Shown here: positions 18,778-28,646 of the stretch, piece by piece | How the letters are laid out: each line of letters opens with the position of its first letter | How positions within the stretch are numbered: the stretch's first letter is position 1 | DNA from: Candidatus Thorarchaeota archaeon | Lineage (GTDB): Archaea > Asgardarchaeota > Thorarchaeia > Thorarchaeales > Thorarchaeaceae | Length of the DNA: 50,879 nt | Assembly (NCBI GenBank): GCA_016839605.1 | Contig: JAEOTX010000051.1 | Span: 1 to 50,879, forward strand | Direction of reading: 5' to 3' | Notes under the pieces: generated by a model | The model's input: only the letters and a program-made list of their open reading frames with translations | The model's database searches: none | What the model was told of the DNA's origin: nothing | Program-made: the position numbers and the translations under genes

Positions 18778-18886
18778 TGGTGGGCCGGGGGAGACTTGAA
18801 CTCCCGATCTCTTGCATTCTGTGACTTGAGGCCCTAGGTCCTTAGCCGCCCCAAGCAAGAATCATACCAAGCTAGACTACCGACCC
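18778..18886 (-). tRNA. tRNA-Pro(GGG) with 32-nt intron at canonical 37/38 (18817-18848), CCA encoded
   Basis: GGGTCGG/CCGGCCC acceptor stem; CTTGC-TTGGGG^T-GCAAG anticodon arm; GGGAG-TTCAAGT-CTCCC T arm; relaxed BHB motif. Confidence 0.92.
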
Positions 18887-18940
18887 ATGCAGTCGTTGTC
18901 GTGCATTGATGCCAAGATAAACATTATTACATGAATCCTA

Positions 18941-18952
18941 GAACACGTGTTC
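18941..18952. promoter_or_regulatory. Perfect palindrome GAACACGTGTTC, candidate operator (copy 1)
   Basis: Lies in the divergent tRNA-Pro/HDAC intergenic region; identical copy at 43902-43913. Confidence 0.45.
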
Positions 18953-19022
18953 GAACTATATTCCGGATGTGAGTCTACACTTATCTGCTGGAAATGAACC
19001 AGAGGCATCAAAGGTGGTGTCA

Positions 19023-20078
19023 ATGACTACAGATTTGCTCTATCATGAAATGTTCACTAAACATGTGATGTCACCGGGTCACCCTGAGAGACCTGAAAGA
19101 CTGATATCAGCTATGAAACACATCCAAGAAACCGGTCTTCTTGAGGAATCCAAAGTCAAGTTGATTGAGGCTACACCAGCCAATCTTGACTTGGTTCATT
19201 CAATACATGAAAAGCAGTACATCGATATGGTCAAGGCCAAGTCCGATGCTGGAGGGGGATACTTCACAATGGATACGGCTGTTAACAAGTACACCTACGA
19301 TGCTGCGATGCTGGCTGCTGGTGCTGGAACATTGGCTATGGATCGAATCATAGAAGGTGTTTCTAAGAATGCATACGTGTTATGTCGCCCACCAGGACAC
19401 CATGCAGAATATGACAGAGCCTTCGGTTTTTGCTTCATCAATAACGTGGCTATTGCAGCAAAACATCTCATTCAACGACATGGAATCCAGAGAGTGCTAA
19501 TTGTAGACTATGATGCTCACCATGGGAATGGGACCCAGAATGCGTTCTATGCAAACAATCAGGTCCTCTATATAGGACTCCACCAAGATGGACGAACACT
19601 GTTCCCTGGGTCAGGGTTTCCGGACGAGATTGGTTCAGGTGAAGGGAGGGGGTACAACGTCAATCTTGCAATGTACCCAGGAGCAGGTGACAAATCCTAT
19701 GATATTGCGTTTTCCGAGATCGTCGAGAAGATTGGCGAATCGTTTAGTCCTGAGTTTGTGCTCGTTTCATGTGGTTTTGATGGACACTTCAGTGATCCGT
19801 TGACCGTATTGGGTTTGACTACCTCTGGAATGGCAATGATGAACTCACGACTGAATTCAATGGCAAAGAAGCTCTGTGAGGGGAAAATCGCGTTCTTCCT
19901 TGAGGGTGGTTATGACCTTGATATAGTAGGAAAATGTTCACGTAACATAATCGAAGAACTCAGTGATACTGATACTACATCATACAATGATATCCATTCT
20001 GAGAGCGAGAATTGCACCCAGCACACAAAAGAGCTCATTGATAGGCTAAAAGACTCCTTGAATGATGTTCATTTTTAG
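19023..20078 (+). CDS. Histone deacetylase-family (Zn-dependent) deacetylase
   Basis: HPERPERL, RPPGHHA, GFCFINN, DYDAHHGNGTQ, GFDGH, LEGGY. Confidence 0.95.
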   Translation: MTTDLLYHEMFTKHVMSPGHPERPERLISAMKHIQETGLLEESKVKLIEATPANLDLVHSIHEKQYIDMVKAKSDAGGGYFTMDTAVNKYTYDAAMLAAGAGTLAMDRIIEGVSKNAYVLCRPPGHHAEYDRAFGFCFINNVAIAAKHLIQRHGIQRVLIVDYDAHHGNGTQNAFYANNQVLYIGLHQDGRTLFPGSGFPDEIGSGEGRGYNVNLAMYPGAGDKSYDIAFSEIVEKIGESFSPEFVLVSCGFDGHFSDPLTVLGLTTSGMAMMNSRLNSMAKKLCEGKIAFFLEGGYDLDIVGKCSRNIIEELSDTDTTSYNDIHSESENCTQHTKELIDRLKDSLNDVHF

Positions 20079-22333
20079 TCGTTCTCGATTTCAAAGTCCT
20101 CGAGAAGAGTCTGTATCGAGTAGGTATCTTCATCATCTTCAGGTTCAATAAGAGAAGTGGTTTCGCCTTCCGTGACCGGTACATCCACTCCAAGCTGTCG
20201 TTTTATTGATTTGGCTAAGGAAGTGCCTATGGTTGGCACGCGGGCGATTTCTTCAAGTGATGCATGATAGAGGTCAGACTGGTTCTTCATGCCATTGGCA
20301 TATAACATCCTGCCTCTTATACGACCGATCCCTCTGAGAACGACAAGATCCAGTAGTTCTCTTTGCACTCCATATTTGAGACGAGACCGAAGATTGTAGA
20401 AGAATGGAATATGTTGCGTAGCATTGACTACTCTTGCAATCTCTGATGCTGAATAGACTAGCCACTCTGCAGTCTGAACATACCTGTGAACATCACCCAT
20501 ACCTACATTGAATCCTTCAGTGATTTCACGTTCCGAACTCTCAGAGATCCACTCTTCAAGCAGTCGTGCTGTCTTTACTTCTGCAAGATACCGGCCATAG
20601 TCTTCAATCTCATCTATTGGAGGTTCAATCATGAAGTCATTCTTGTGTTCTTCTACAAAGGAATCGTACTCATCAAAATCGGTTCTAGTTAGATAGGTGA
20701 TTTGTTGGTCTGGAGTATGGCATATGAGATGTAGAGCACCAATGGACGTGACCTCTTTGGCCTCAGAGAGAGTATCACGGAGTAGTATAGCTGTATAGGG
20801 ATCAATGTACAGTCTAGATGCCCTCCTACCCAAAGGTGTAGCAGAGTATGCTCCAGATTCTGTGCTTTCAATCAATTGACCATCTTGAAGGAATATCAGT
20901 GCTGACGAAACATGGTGTTGAATTTCCAGTGGGTCAAATTGACATGAGAAGAATGTGCCTTTGATCAATGAGTCAACTTCCTCTCTGTTTCGTGTCATAT
21001 CAGTCGCAATGGATGCGAGCAGGTGAGAACGAAGAGCGGAAGGTGATGCGAGCTTGGATGTGATTCTCTCTGGCTCGGCTAACACATACTCGTCAGTCAG
21101 TGCATCACGTTCTAGCTCGGATTTGGCAATGAGAATAGCTTCTCCATAGCTATCGTATTTTGGGCGACCAGCCCTTCCGGCCATCTGTTTGTACTCAAGA
21201 ACAGGGATAGTGTAGCTACCTCTGCCTTGTTCAAAGCGTCGATAATCACGAATGACAACACGTCTGGCAGGAAGATTCACACCAGCAGCTAGGGTAGGAG
21301 TTGCAATAACGACCTTCAACATGTCATCCTTAAAGAAGTCTTCAACCAATGTGCGTTCGTTGTTGTCAAGTCCAGCGTGGTGAAAAGCCACACCCGAAGC
21401 AATGACTCGAGCAAGAGTCTTCGTTGCTTCTGGAGCCGAGGGTCTTTTGGACAGCTTCTTAGCTGCTTTCGTCAACAGCTCTTGTGCGTCTACATTGAGA
21501 TAGGGACGGACAGACGAAGCAATCTTCTTGGCTACTGCAACGGTCGATCGCCTGCTTGATACAAAGACAAGAGCTTGCCCCTTTTCATCCAGAATATCGC
21601 ATACCACATCACTAACTATCTCAGGTCGTCTTCTCGGAATGGATTTGGACCTACCATCAAGAATGAATGAGATCTTATTATCAAAATAGACCCCTTCTCT
21701 CAATGGTACTGGTCTCCATGTACTTGTAACAAGTTCTGCGTTCAACCACTCAGCAATTCTATCTGAATTTGAGATAGTTGCACTTAATGCTACAATTTGT
21801 AGGTCTGGAAGGCTCTGCATCATCTTAGCTATAACCATTTCCAATGTAGGACCACGTTTTGAATCATTGACTAGATGGACCTCATCTACGACAATGATTC
21901 CTATATCTTCAAGCCACTGAGTCCTATGACGCACCAATGAGTCGGCTCTTTCTGTAGTTAGTACAACTATGTCAGCCTCTTTGAGTCGTGTGCCTGGGGA
22001 GTCATAGTCCCCTATCGACATTGCTATTGTAATTCCAAGCGATTCGTATTTCTTGAATTCAGAGTATTTCTCTCGTGCAAGCGAGCGCAATGGAACAAGG
22101 TATAGCGCTTTGCCACGACCTTCTAGGATGCTCTTGAGCATGCATATCTCTGATACCAGTGTCTTGCCAGCACTTGTAGGGACTGCCAGAACAAGGTTGT
22201 TTCCATCTAGTACTCCTGTTTCAAATGCAGACACCTGAGGTGGAAAGAGTGTGGAGATTCCAGTGGCTTGAATCAGGCTGATGACCTTCTTATTTATTGA
22301 CAAGCTCTCAAGTTGCGTTGTGGTCATCTCCAT
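20075..22333 (-). CDS. hel308: Ski2-like DNA helicase Hel308/Hjm
   Basis: PTSAGKT, DEVH, SAT, FHHAGL, TPTLAAGVNLPA, QMAGRAGRP; C-terminal HhH (GIGRIRGR) and PIP-like QTLLEDF. Confidence 0.95.
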   Translation of the reverse strand: MEMTTTQLESLSINKKVISLIQATGISTLFPPQVSAFETGVLDGNNLVLAVPTSAGKTLVSEICMLKSILEGRGKALYLVPLRSLAREKYSEFKKYESLGITIAMSIGDYDSPGTRLKEADIVVLTTERADSLVRHRTQWLEDIGIIVVDEVHLVNDSKRGPTLEMVIAKMMQSLPDLQIVALSATISNSDRIAEWLNAELVTSTWRPVPLREGVYFDNKISFILDGRSKSIPRRRPEIVSDVVCDILDEKGQALVFVSSRRSTVAVAKKIASSVRPYLNVDAQELLTKAAKKLSKRPSAPEATKTLARVIASGVAFHHAGLDNNERTLVEDFFKDDMLKVVIATPTLAAGVNLPARRVVIRDYRRFEQGRGSYTIPVLEYKQMAGRAGRPKYDSYGEAILIAKSELERDALTDEYVLAEPERITSKLASPSALRSHLLASIATDMTRNREEVDSLIKGTFFSCQFDPLEIQHHVSSALIFLQDGQLIESTESGAYSATPLGRRASRLYIDPYTAILLRDTLSEAKEVTSIGALHLICHTPDQQITYLTRTDFDEYDSFVEEHKNDFMIEPPIDEIEDYGRYLAEVKTARLLEEWISESSEREITEGFNVGMGDVHRYVQTAEWLVYSASEIARVVNATQHIPFFYNLRSRLKYGVQRELLDLVVLRGIGRIRGRMLYANGMKNQSDLYHASLEEIARVPTIGTSLAKSIKRQLGVDVPVTEGETTSLIEPEDDEDTYSIQTLLEDFEIEND

Positions 22334-22348
22334 TGCAAAGGTTGTCTG

Positions 22349-24427
22349 TTAGCTTGTGGTTGAAATTCGTATGGTACCACTGCCTTCGCCTTTGGGTCTA
22401 TATACCGTGCCCTCTCGTAGAAGCCGTTCTATGATGGTTTCAGCTCTCTCTCGAGGTAGACCCTTGGCTTCTAATCTCTGCAATAGCTCGACCTCGCTAT
22501 CCGAACCGTCGGTTTCCATTTCTCTAAGGGTGTTGATAATCATAGTTCTAGCGCTTCTCTGAGAAGCACTCTGCTCTGATATTACACGGTCAATGTCATA
22601 TTCGCCAGTCTCAACATCAAAGGCTACCATTTGTAATGACGCTCTCATAAGGTTCACAGCCGCTTGGCCGTCCTCTTTTGTGACGTTCGTTCGCAGAGCC
22701 ATTCTTGCTCGAGCTTCTGCAAGACGGACCAAGGACTCTAGCTGCCGAGCAGTAATTGGTACAGGTGCAGCCCCTCCTTCAGCCCTCTTGCGGAGACCCA
22801 CATAGAAGTCCTCAATTGCCTGAGCAGCCTCCGGAGACAGCTGAGGAATAACATTGCGGTTTGCATATCCAATGTACTTCTTCAAGAGTCCTGGAGGGAT
22901 TGGAGCTGTTTCATCTGTTGTCTTCCGTGGTTTCATCTGATGCATATCCAGAATGAACCTAGCTAGTTCCTTATCACGTTCTTCGTCTGGAGTGTCAATC
23001 ATGACCCAGATTAAATCAAATCTAGATAATATTGTGAAAGGCAGTTTGATGTTTTCTTGTGGGGTCCACGATGTTTCATATCGGCCAAGTGTTGGGTTCG
23101 CCGCAGCTAAGATTGAGGTGCGTGCATTCAATGTTGCAACAATGCCAGCTTTTGCTATACTTACAGTATGCTGTTCCATTGCTTCATGTATTGCTGTTCG
23201 ATCATTTGGGTCCATTTTGTCAAACTCATCGATACATGCAATTCCTTGATCTGCCAAGACCAATGCTCCAGCTTCTAGTGTCATAGCTCCGCTATCAGTG
23301 TCGTGAATAACGGCTGCTGTCAATCCTGCAGCAGTGGTACCTTTTCCTGATGTGTACAAGGCTCTGGAAGCAAGGTTTGATACAAATTTCAGAATCTGGC
23401 TTTTTCCTGTGCCGGGATCACCAACCATCAGAATATTCGACCGTCCTCTCAATCGAGTTCCATCTGGCAGTGTTTTATCGACCCCACCAAATAGAAGAAG
23501 AGAGATGGACGTCTTTATGTCGTCATATCCTTGTATTGCAGGGGCGATTGATCTGTATATCTTCTCATGGACATACGGATTCTTAGACAGTTCGATTATC
23601 TCTTTCTCATCCTCTTCGGAGATGTCGAGCTGCTCATATTCCTTCTCAGCAATTTCGACCCCATTTGCTTCAATGAACACGTTGAAAGTGGCTAGCTTCC
23701 CACCCCTCCTAGAGAAGTCAGGAGTGGTTTGTAGCAGTCCAGTCACCTTGACCATGTCACCAGGTCGCGAAATGTCTACAATGTCGCCTTTGAGCACCAC
23801 ATCAACAGACCTTGGCATTTGTCCAGGAGGAAGCTCTTCGGGAGACTCTTGTATTCGGACCTTCTGCCAGTCTATGAACCGCGATTTCGCAAGCAATAGT
23901 CTCATAGGGGTTTTCTTCCCACAGGTAGAACACAACGGAGGTTCTGTATATCGACCTTCTTCTTGTTCTTGAGGAATTTCAGCCATGCAAACTCTGCATT
24001 GGAATGTAGCATTGACCAATAATGGCTTGACAATACTTGCGCGCATCATGATACCACTTATGCGGATAAGCTTCCCAATATGTCGCGACCGTATGTGTCT
24101 AAGGGGGACATTCTCGGTATAGTTTGTGATACGAACTTGCAGCGCGTCATGCCCAATTGTGTCCACATACTCGGGATCTTCGATTCTGAGAATTGAAACT
24201 AATGCATTATGTGTCATCTTGAGAAATGACTGAGGGTCTTCTGTGGCGAATGCCATGAAGACGTTATCAAAACCAATAAGGTCCTGGAAATTCACAACCA
24301 GTGAAGACTCGTCATCAATAGACATCTGTTGGACTCTGGACCAGTATACTGTGCTCCCTTGTTCATCCTTGTACGTACGAATGAACTCTTCAAATCGCTC
24401 CTGTTCAGTTTCCATTTCTAATGTCAT
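22349..24427 (-). CDS. mcm: Replicative helicase MCM
   Basis: C4 Zn finger, QESPEELPPGQMPR, GDPGTGKSQ, IDEFDKM, LSRFD, TARQLESLVRL. Confidence 0.98.
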   Translation of the reverse strand: MTLEMETEQERFEEFIRTYKDEQGSTVYWSRVQQMSIDDESSLVVNFQDLIGFDNVFMAFATEDPQSFLKMTHNALVSILRIEDPEYVDTIGHDALQVRITNYTENVPLRHIRSRHIGKLIRISGIMMRASIVKPLLVNATFQCRVCMAEIPQEQEEGRYTEPPLCSTCGKKTPMRLLLAKSRFIDWQKVRIQESPEELPPGQMPRSVDVVLKGDIVDISRPGDMVKVTGLLQTTPDFSRRGGKLATFNVFIEANGVEIAEKEYEQLDISEEDEKEIIELSKNPYVHEKIYRSIAPAIQGYDDIKTSISLLLFGGVDKTLPDGTRLRGRSNILMVGDPGTGKSQILKFVSNLASRALYTSGKGTTAAGLTAAVIHDTDSGAMTLEAGALVLADQGIACIDEFDKMDPNDRTAIHEAMEQHTVSIAKAGIVATLNARTSILAAANPTLGRYETSWTPQENIKLPFTILSRFDLIWVMIDTPDEERDKELARFILDMHQMKPRKTTDETAPIPPGLLKKYIGYANRNVIPQLSPEAAQAIEDFYVGLRKRAEGGAAPVPITARQLESLVRLAEARARMALRTNVTKEDGQAAVNLMRASLQMVAFDVETGEYDIDRVISEQSASQRSARTMIINTLREMETDGSDSEVELLQRLEAKGLPRERAETIIERLLREGTVYRPKGEGSGTIRISTTS

Positions 24428-24590
24428 GATTGTTCAGAACACTCCGGATTTGGTCCTAGTGGTGTCACACGACTCTCACACTACGTCTACTGGGTCAGAT
24501 ATTAAAACCCGTTCTCGTTAGTTGTGAGTGTGCCTTTTTAACTCTGCCAGAGGTGTCAGGAATTTGTACGGGCAGTGATTTGTGAATATC

Positions 24591-25163
24591 TTATTCCGTT
24601 ACCATTTCGCGCCAAGTAGAAAGGAGTGTGCCAAGTTCATCGACAAGCCACCGCTCCTCTAATGCCATCTGCTTACGTCTGTCCTGATTTGCTCCAGACT
24701 TCGACTTCGCAACACGCCACAGTTTAGACAAACGAGTTTCGACTAGAATTTCGAGCATGTTTCGTATTTTTTCAATCTCTTCGTGCCGTCGAGGACCAAT
24801 CGATGTCTTGTCACTTTGCAGCTGGTTCACCTTTCGGATAATTGCAGAGTAAAGCAATGGAGGAAATACCTGCAGTTTGTGAGGCTGTTTCTCCTCTGCA
24901 TTATACAGATTCTGGAAACGTCTGAGTGATTCATAGGCCTCTGTTGCATCCAAGTCAACTAGATTGTGTGCAACTAGTTTTTCAATCACCCAATTAGGAA
25001 GCTGGGTTTCGGTTCCAGACTTGAATGGACCCAGCGTTTCGCCGCCAATACTTAGTTCAGGCACATCCTCTCGGAAACTACACGTACGTGTTTCGTTGAG
25101 AAACTGAATTTCAAATCGCTCTTTTGCAGTCCTGACATCGCGCTGAAAGGTCATTGTGTACAC
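24591..25163 (-). CDS. GINS complex subunit Gins23-like
   Basis: B-domain first (ELSIGGETLGPFKSGTETQLPNWV), then helical A-domain (ETRLSKL...MALEERWL); directly upstream of mcm. Confidence 0.8.
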   Translation of the reverse strand: MYTMTFQRDVRTAKERFEIQFLNETRTCSFREDVPELSIGGETLGPFKSGTETQLPNWVIEKLVAHNLVDLDATEAYESLRRFQNLYNAEEKQPHKLQVFPPLLYSAIIRKVNQLQSDKTSIGPRRHEEIEKIRNMLEILVETRLSKLWRVAKSKSGANQDRRKQMALEERWLVDELGTLLSTWREMVTE

Positions 25164-25249
25164 AGGAATCTGTTGAATGACATACCATAAAGAGCTTGTT
25201 CTAGACAGCGGATTATAGTGCTCCTTTTAGTCTAGCAAGAGTACTCTCT

Positions 25250-25270
25250 AACACAAGTTAGGCTTGTGTT
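25250..25270. promoter_or_regulatory. Inverted repeat AACACAAG-N5-CTTGTGTT in the divergent gins/rfcS promoter region
   Basis: Perfect 8-bp arms with a 5-nt spacer. Confidence 0.35.
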
Positions 25271-25351
25271 TCGAATAAACTGATACTTCCGGAGAAGCTT
25301 TTAAGAACACTAGAAGATTGTCACCGCAGCCTACGACTGGATGGGAATCAC

Positions 25352-26308
25352 ATGGATCTAGACCTCTGGACAGAGAAATATCGCCCTCCCACACTCGGAG
25401 AGATTATTGGACAGGAATCAATCATTGAGAGTCTAACCAAGTTCGTGGAGAATAGGAATGTACCACATTGTTTGTTCAGCGGGCCGCCAGGCACAAGCAA
25501 GACTACCGCTGCAATGGCGATGGCAAGAGATCTCTTTGGCGATACTTTTGATCGCAACTTCATGGAGCTAAATGCAAGTGATGAAAGAGGTATTGATGTC
25601 GTTAGAAACCAAATAAAGAACTTCGCCCGGACTATGCCTGCGGGAAATGCTCCATTCAAGATTCTGGTCTTGGATGAAGCAGACCACCTTACTGCTGATG
25701 CTCAACATGCGTTAAGACGTACGATGGAATCGTATGCGGGCTCATGTAGAATGATATTGATTTGCAATTATTCAAGTAGGATAATTCCACCAATTCAGTC
25801 TAGATGTGCAATATTCAGATTTGCCCGCCTAAGTGATGACTCGATGGCCAAGAGATTGAAGTACATTGCCAAAAGGGAGAAGGTTTCTGTCAATGTAAAT
25901 GGACACAAAGCCATACTATATCTTGCAGAAGGAGACATGCGTGCCGCTATCAACCTCCTTCAAGCATCTGCATCAGCAGGGGAAAAGGTGGATGATGCAG
26001 TAGTCTATTCAATAGCCGGTAGAGCGAATCCCAAGGCGATTAAGGAGATGTTGGACTCTGCAGATGTGAACTACGAAGACGCTCTAGAAAAGCTAAGGGT
26101 GCTCATCTATCAGCAAGGAGTATCACCCGTAGATTTAGCAAGGCAACTACATAGAGAGATCCTAAAACTGGACATCTCTGAGAATCAAAAGATGCTGATT
26201 CTTGAGAGGGCTGCAGAAGTTGAATTTAGAATAGGAGAAGGGGCAAGTGGTGAAGTCCAGTTGAGTGCACTATTAGCTCATATAGGACTGGAACGGGGTA
26301 AATCATGA
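25352..26308 (+). CDS. rfcS: Replication factor C small subunit
   Basis: WTEKYRP, GPPGTSKTT, ELNASDERGIDVVR, LDEAD, SRC motif, GDMR. Confidence 0.97.
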   Translation: MDLDLWTEKYRPPTLGEIIGQESIIESLTKFVENRNVPHCLFSGPPGTSKTTAAMAMARDLFGDTFDRNFMELNASDERGIDVVRNQIKNFARTMPAGNAPFKILVLDEADHLTADAQHALRRTMESYAGSCRMILICNYSSRIIPPIQSRCAIFRFARLSDDSMAKRLKYIAKREKVSVNVNGHKAILYLAEGDMRAAINLLQASASAGEKVDDAVVYSIAGRANPKAIKEMLDSADVNYEDALEKLRVLIYQQGVSPVDLARQLHREILKLDISENQKMLILERAAEVEFRIGEGASGEVQLSALLAHIGLERGKS

Positions 26309-27525
26309 ATCACAAGAATCTACCGTGGCCAGAACTTCATCGACCTACGAGTCTCGTACAATTGGCTGGCAACGTTGATGCAATAAGAGGACTGAAAGAA
26401 TGGGTTCAGTCCTGGATTAGGGGATCACCTACTAAGAGAGCTGCATTGCTAATTGGCCCTCCAGGCGTTGGAAAAACTGCTTCTGTTGGAGCGCTTTCTC
26501 ATGATTACGACTTAGAACTGGTAGAGTTCAATTCTAGTGATAAACGAAACAAGGGGAGTATCGAGAATCAGGTCTGGAAAGCAGCAACACAGCAAACATT
26601 GGATGGCAGACTTCGTCTTCTTCTTTTGGACGAGGTAGACGGGCTCTCCGGGACCAGTGATCGGGGAGGGGTGGGTGCAATCCTCAAAATCGTTGAAGAC
26701 ACAGTCCATCCTATCATAATGACTGCAAATGATCCGAGCAGCCCACGACTCAAAGATTTACTGAAGATCTGTAAGGTGTTCAAATTCGACCCGATCGAAC
26801 TGAATGACATGGTGGCTGTCATTAGAGAGATTGCAGCTGCACATGATTCCACATTTACCGATGATGTGTTAGAGGGAATTGCGGACAGGGCTGGAGGCGA
26901 CCTTCGAGCTGCAATATCTGATCTTGAAACTCTCTTTGTAAGCGGACGCACGTCAGATGTTGGACTACCATCACGTGACGTACGTCGTGAGGTTAGGGAC
27001 GCCTTTGGACGATTATTCATGACTACTGATCCAGAGGCTGCTAGGCGCGTTGTTTCAGAATTAGATATAGACCACAATCAGCTTCTTCTGTGGCTTGAAG
27101 AGAATGTTCATCTTCATCTCACGACTCTGGAAGAACTTGACCAAGGGCTTGAATATCTTTCACTTGCTGATTTATCCCTTGGACGAATTTGGAGGCGTCA
27201 GAACTGGAAGTTGTTGGCCTATGTATATGACTTTCTAGCAATTGGGGTGTCTGCAAGCAGGAAGGTGACGCCATATAGGAGTGTCGAGTATTCTCAGCCA
27301 TCCTGGCCAATGCTAATCTGGCGTGGGAATAGAAAACGTGACAAAGAATCAGACCTTCTTCTCAAACTATCTAGAATTGCATCGGTTTCTAAGAGAAGAG
27401 CGGCACGTGCTTATAGAGATGCAATGTTCGAGATGGTCAGACAAAATCCCAGATTGAAAGAAGCCTTTTCAGACTGGCTAGAAGTCAAGGAGGGCTTCTT
27501 TGATGAAAGAAGTAGTCGTCACTGA
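26305..27525 (+). CDS. rfcL: Replication factor C large subunit
   Basis: PWPELHRP, GPPGVGKT, EFNSSD.R, DEVDG, GDLRAAI, WLEEN; ATGA-coupled to rfcS. Confidence 0.93.
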   Translation: MNHKNLPWPELHRPTSLVQLAGNVDAIRGLKEWVQSWIRGSPTKRAALLIGPPGVGKTASVGALSHDYDLELVEFNSSDKRNKGSIENQVWKAATQQTLDGRLRLLLLDEVDGLSGTSDRGGVGAILKIVEDTVHPIIMTANDPSSPRLKDLLKICKVFKFDPIELNDMVAVIREIAAAHDSTFTDDVLEGIADRAGGDLRAAISDLETLFVSGRTSDVGLPSRDVRREVRDAFGRLFMTTDPEAARRVVSELDIDHNQLLLWLEENVHLHLTTLEELDQGLEYLSLADLSLGRIWRRQNWKLLAYVYDFLAIGVSASRKVTPYRSVEYSQPSWPMLIWRGNRKRDKESDLLLKLSRIASVSKRRAARAYRDAMFEMVRQNPRLKEAFSDWLEVKEGFFDERSSRH

Positions 27526-28324
27526 TAGCACTTAAGGTACGTCTGGACCTCCTGAGATAATTCATATGACCACTCAACTGTTTTTGAATCCTTGAAAGGG
27601 CATACCTACTAGTATTCATTCGAATAGGAATCGCTGTTTCCACTAGTACTAGGCATTCTGGTGGAGCTGGCTCAATACCTCCTGGAATTCTGTCACTACC
27701 ATTGAGATGATTTGAGAACGTTTGTATGTTCATTGCGCTGGTGCCAATCTGTAGAAGCAGTGATACTGTCTTTCTGATTAACTTCCAGAGAAAGTTAGTA
27801 CCAAAGATGTCCATAGTAAGGCCATCGTCGGATTCCAGCAGACATGCATTGAGAATAGTAGTTGTAGTCGGTCTATCACCATCTGGCTTGGAGAGAAGAG
27901 AGAAATCGCGGGTTCCTGACAGCAGTTGTGCAGCAGTTCTCATAGATTGCAAATCCATGTCGGATGAATCTATATCGAAATAATACCTGTAATGTCTCAT
28001 AAGTACGTCATATCGGGGATTGAAATTGGATGGGGCTAAAGTAGATGCCCACAATGCAATGTCAGATGGAAGATGTCTATTTACTCTGTCAATGTCGAGT
28101 TTCTTTTCTGTTTTTATTAGCACAATTTGACCTATGCTATGCACTCCACGGTCAGTACGGCCCGAGAATTGGACTGTCTGAGTAGAGTAATCGGTCTTAC
28201 TCTTCGGGTCCCACTGATTCAACGCGTCAATCAGTTCACCCTGGACAGTTATGAGGTTTGGCTGAAATTGGGATCCATGGTAACGATCTCCGAGATAGAA
28301 GAGACGTGTGATATAGGAATGCAA
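27485..28324 (-). CDS. truA: tRNA pseudouridine(38-40) synthase
   Basis: Y.G..YHGSQFQP...TVQG, SGRTDRGVH, RHYRY, G..DF, FLWKLIRK. Confidence 0.93.
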   Translation of the reverse strand: MHSYITRLFYLGDRYHGSQFQPNLITVQGELIDALNQWDPKSKTDYSTQTVQFSGRTDRGVHSIGQIVLIKTEKKLDIDRVNRHLPSDIALWASTLAPSNFNPRYDVLMRHYRYYFDIDSSDMDLQSMRTAAQLLSGTRDFSLLSKPDGDRPTTTTILNACLLESDDGLTMDIFGTNFLWKLIRKTVSLLLQIGTSAMNIQTFSNHLNGSDRIPGGIEPAPPECLVLVETAIPIRMNTSRYALSRIQKQLSGHMNYLRRSRRTLSAISDDYFFHQRSPP

Positions 28325-28340
28325 CTGGTAGACCTCTTAG

Positions 28341-28634
28341 TCATGACTGCCATAGTCCAAACAGATTTCGTAAGGCTCGTGCCCTGTGGTCCTCTATTCG
28401 ATAACGGTAGATTTTGATTCTCCCGAACATCTTTTCCTCGACAAGACCTGATGCGATAAGCACCTCGAGATGTGATTTGGTTGAGCTATGATTCAAAGAA
28501 ACTCTCCGACAGAGTTCGGATATGTTCAACTCGCTGGAAGTGGCCAGTTCTTTTATTATTTTGATTCTTCCTCTTGAAGAGAATAGCTCCTCTATCGGTA
28601 CTCGGAAACTGTCATCAGCATCAGTAGAAATCAT
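28341..28634 (-). CDS. Small winged-helix (ArsR-like) protein downstream of cdc6
   Basis: LFSSRGRIKII..L...ELNISELCRRVSLNH...HL..L...GLVEEKMFGRIKIY. Confidence 0.85.
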   Translation of the reverse strand: MISTDADDSFRVPIEELFSSRGRIKIIKELATSSELNISELCRRVSLNHSSTKSHLEVLIASGLVEEKMFGRIKIYRYRIEDHRARALRNLFGLWQS

Positions 28635-28646
28635 GTAAACCCCCTA

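Noticed and set aside
23334-23972. Long antisense ORFs (e.g. 212 aa opposite mcm, 171 aa opposite trm11, 169 aa opposite rfcL, 150 aa opposite DUF460)
   Set aside because: They are fully nested opposite well-supported genes, Ser-rich shadow frames without motifs
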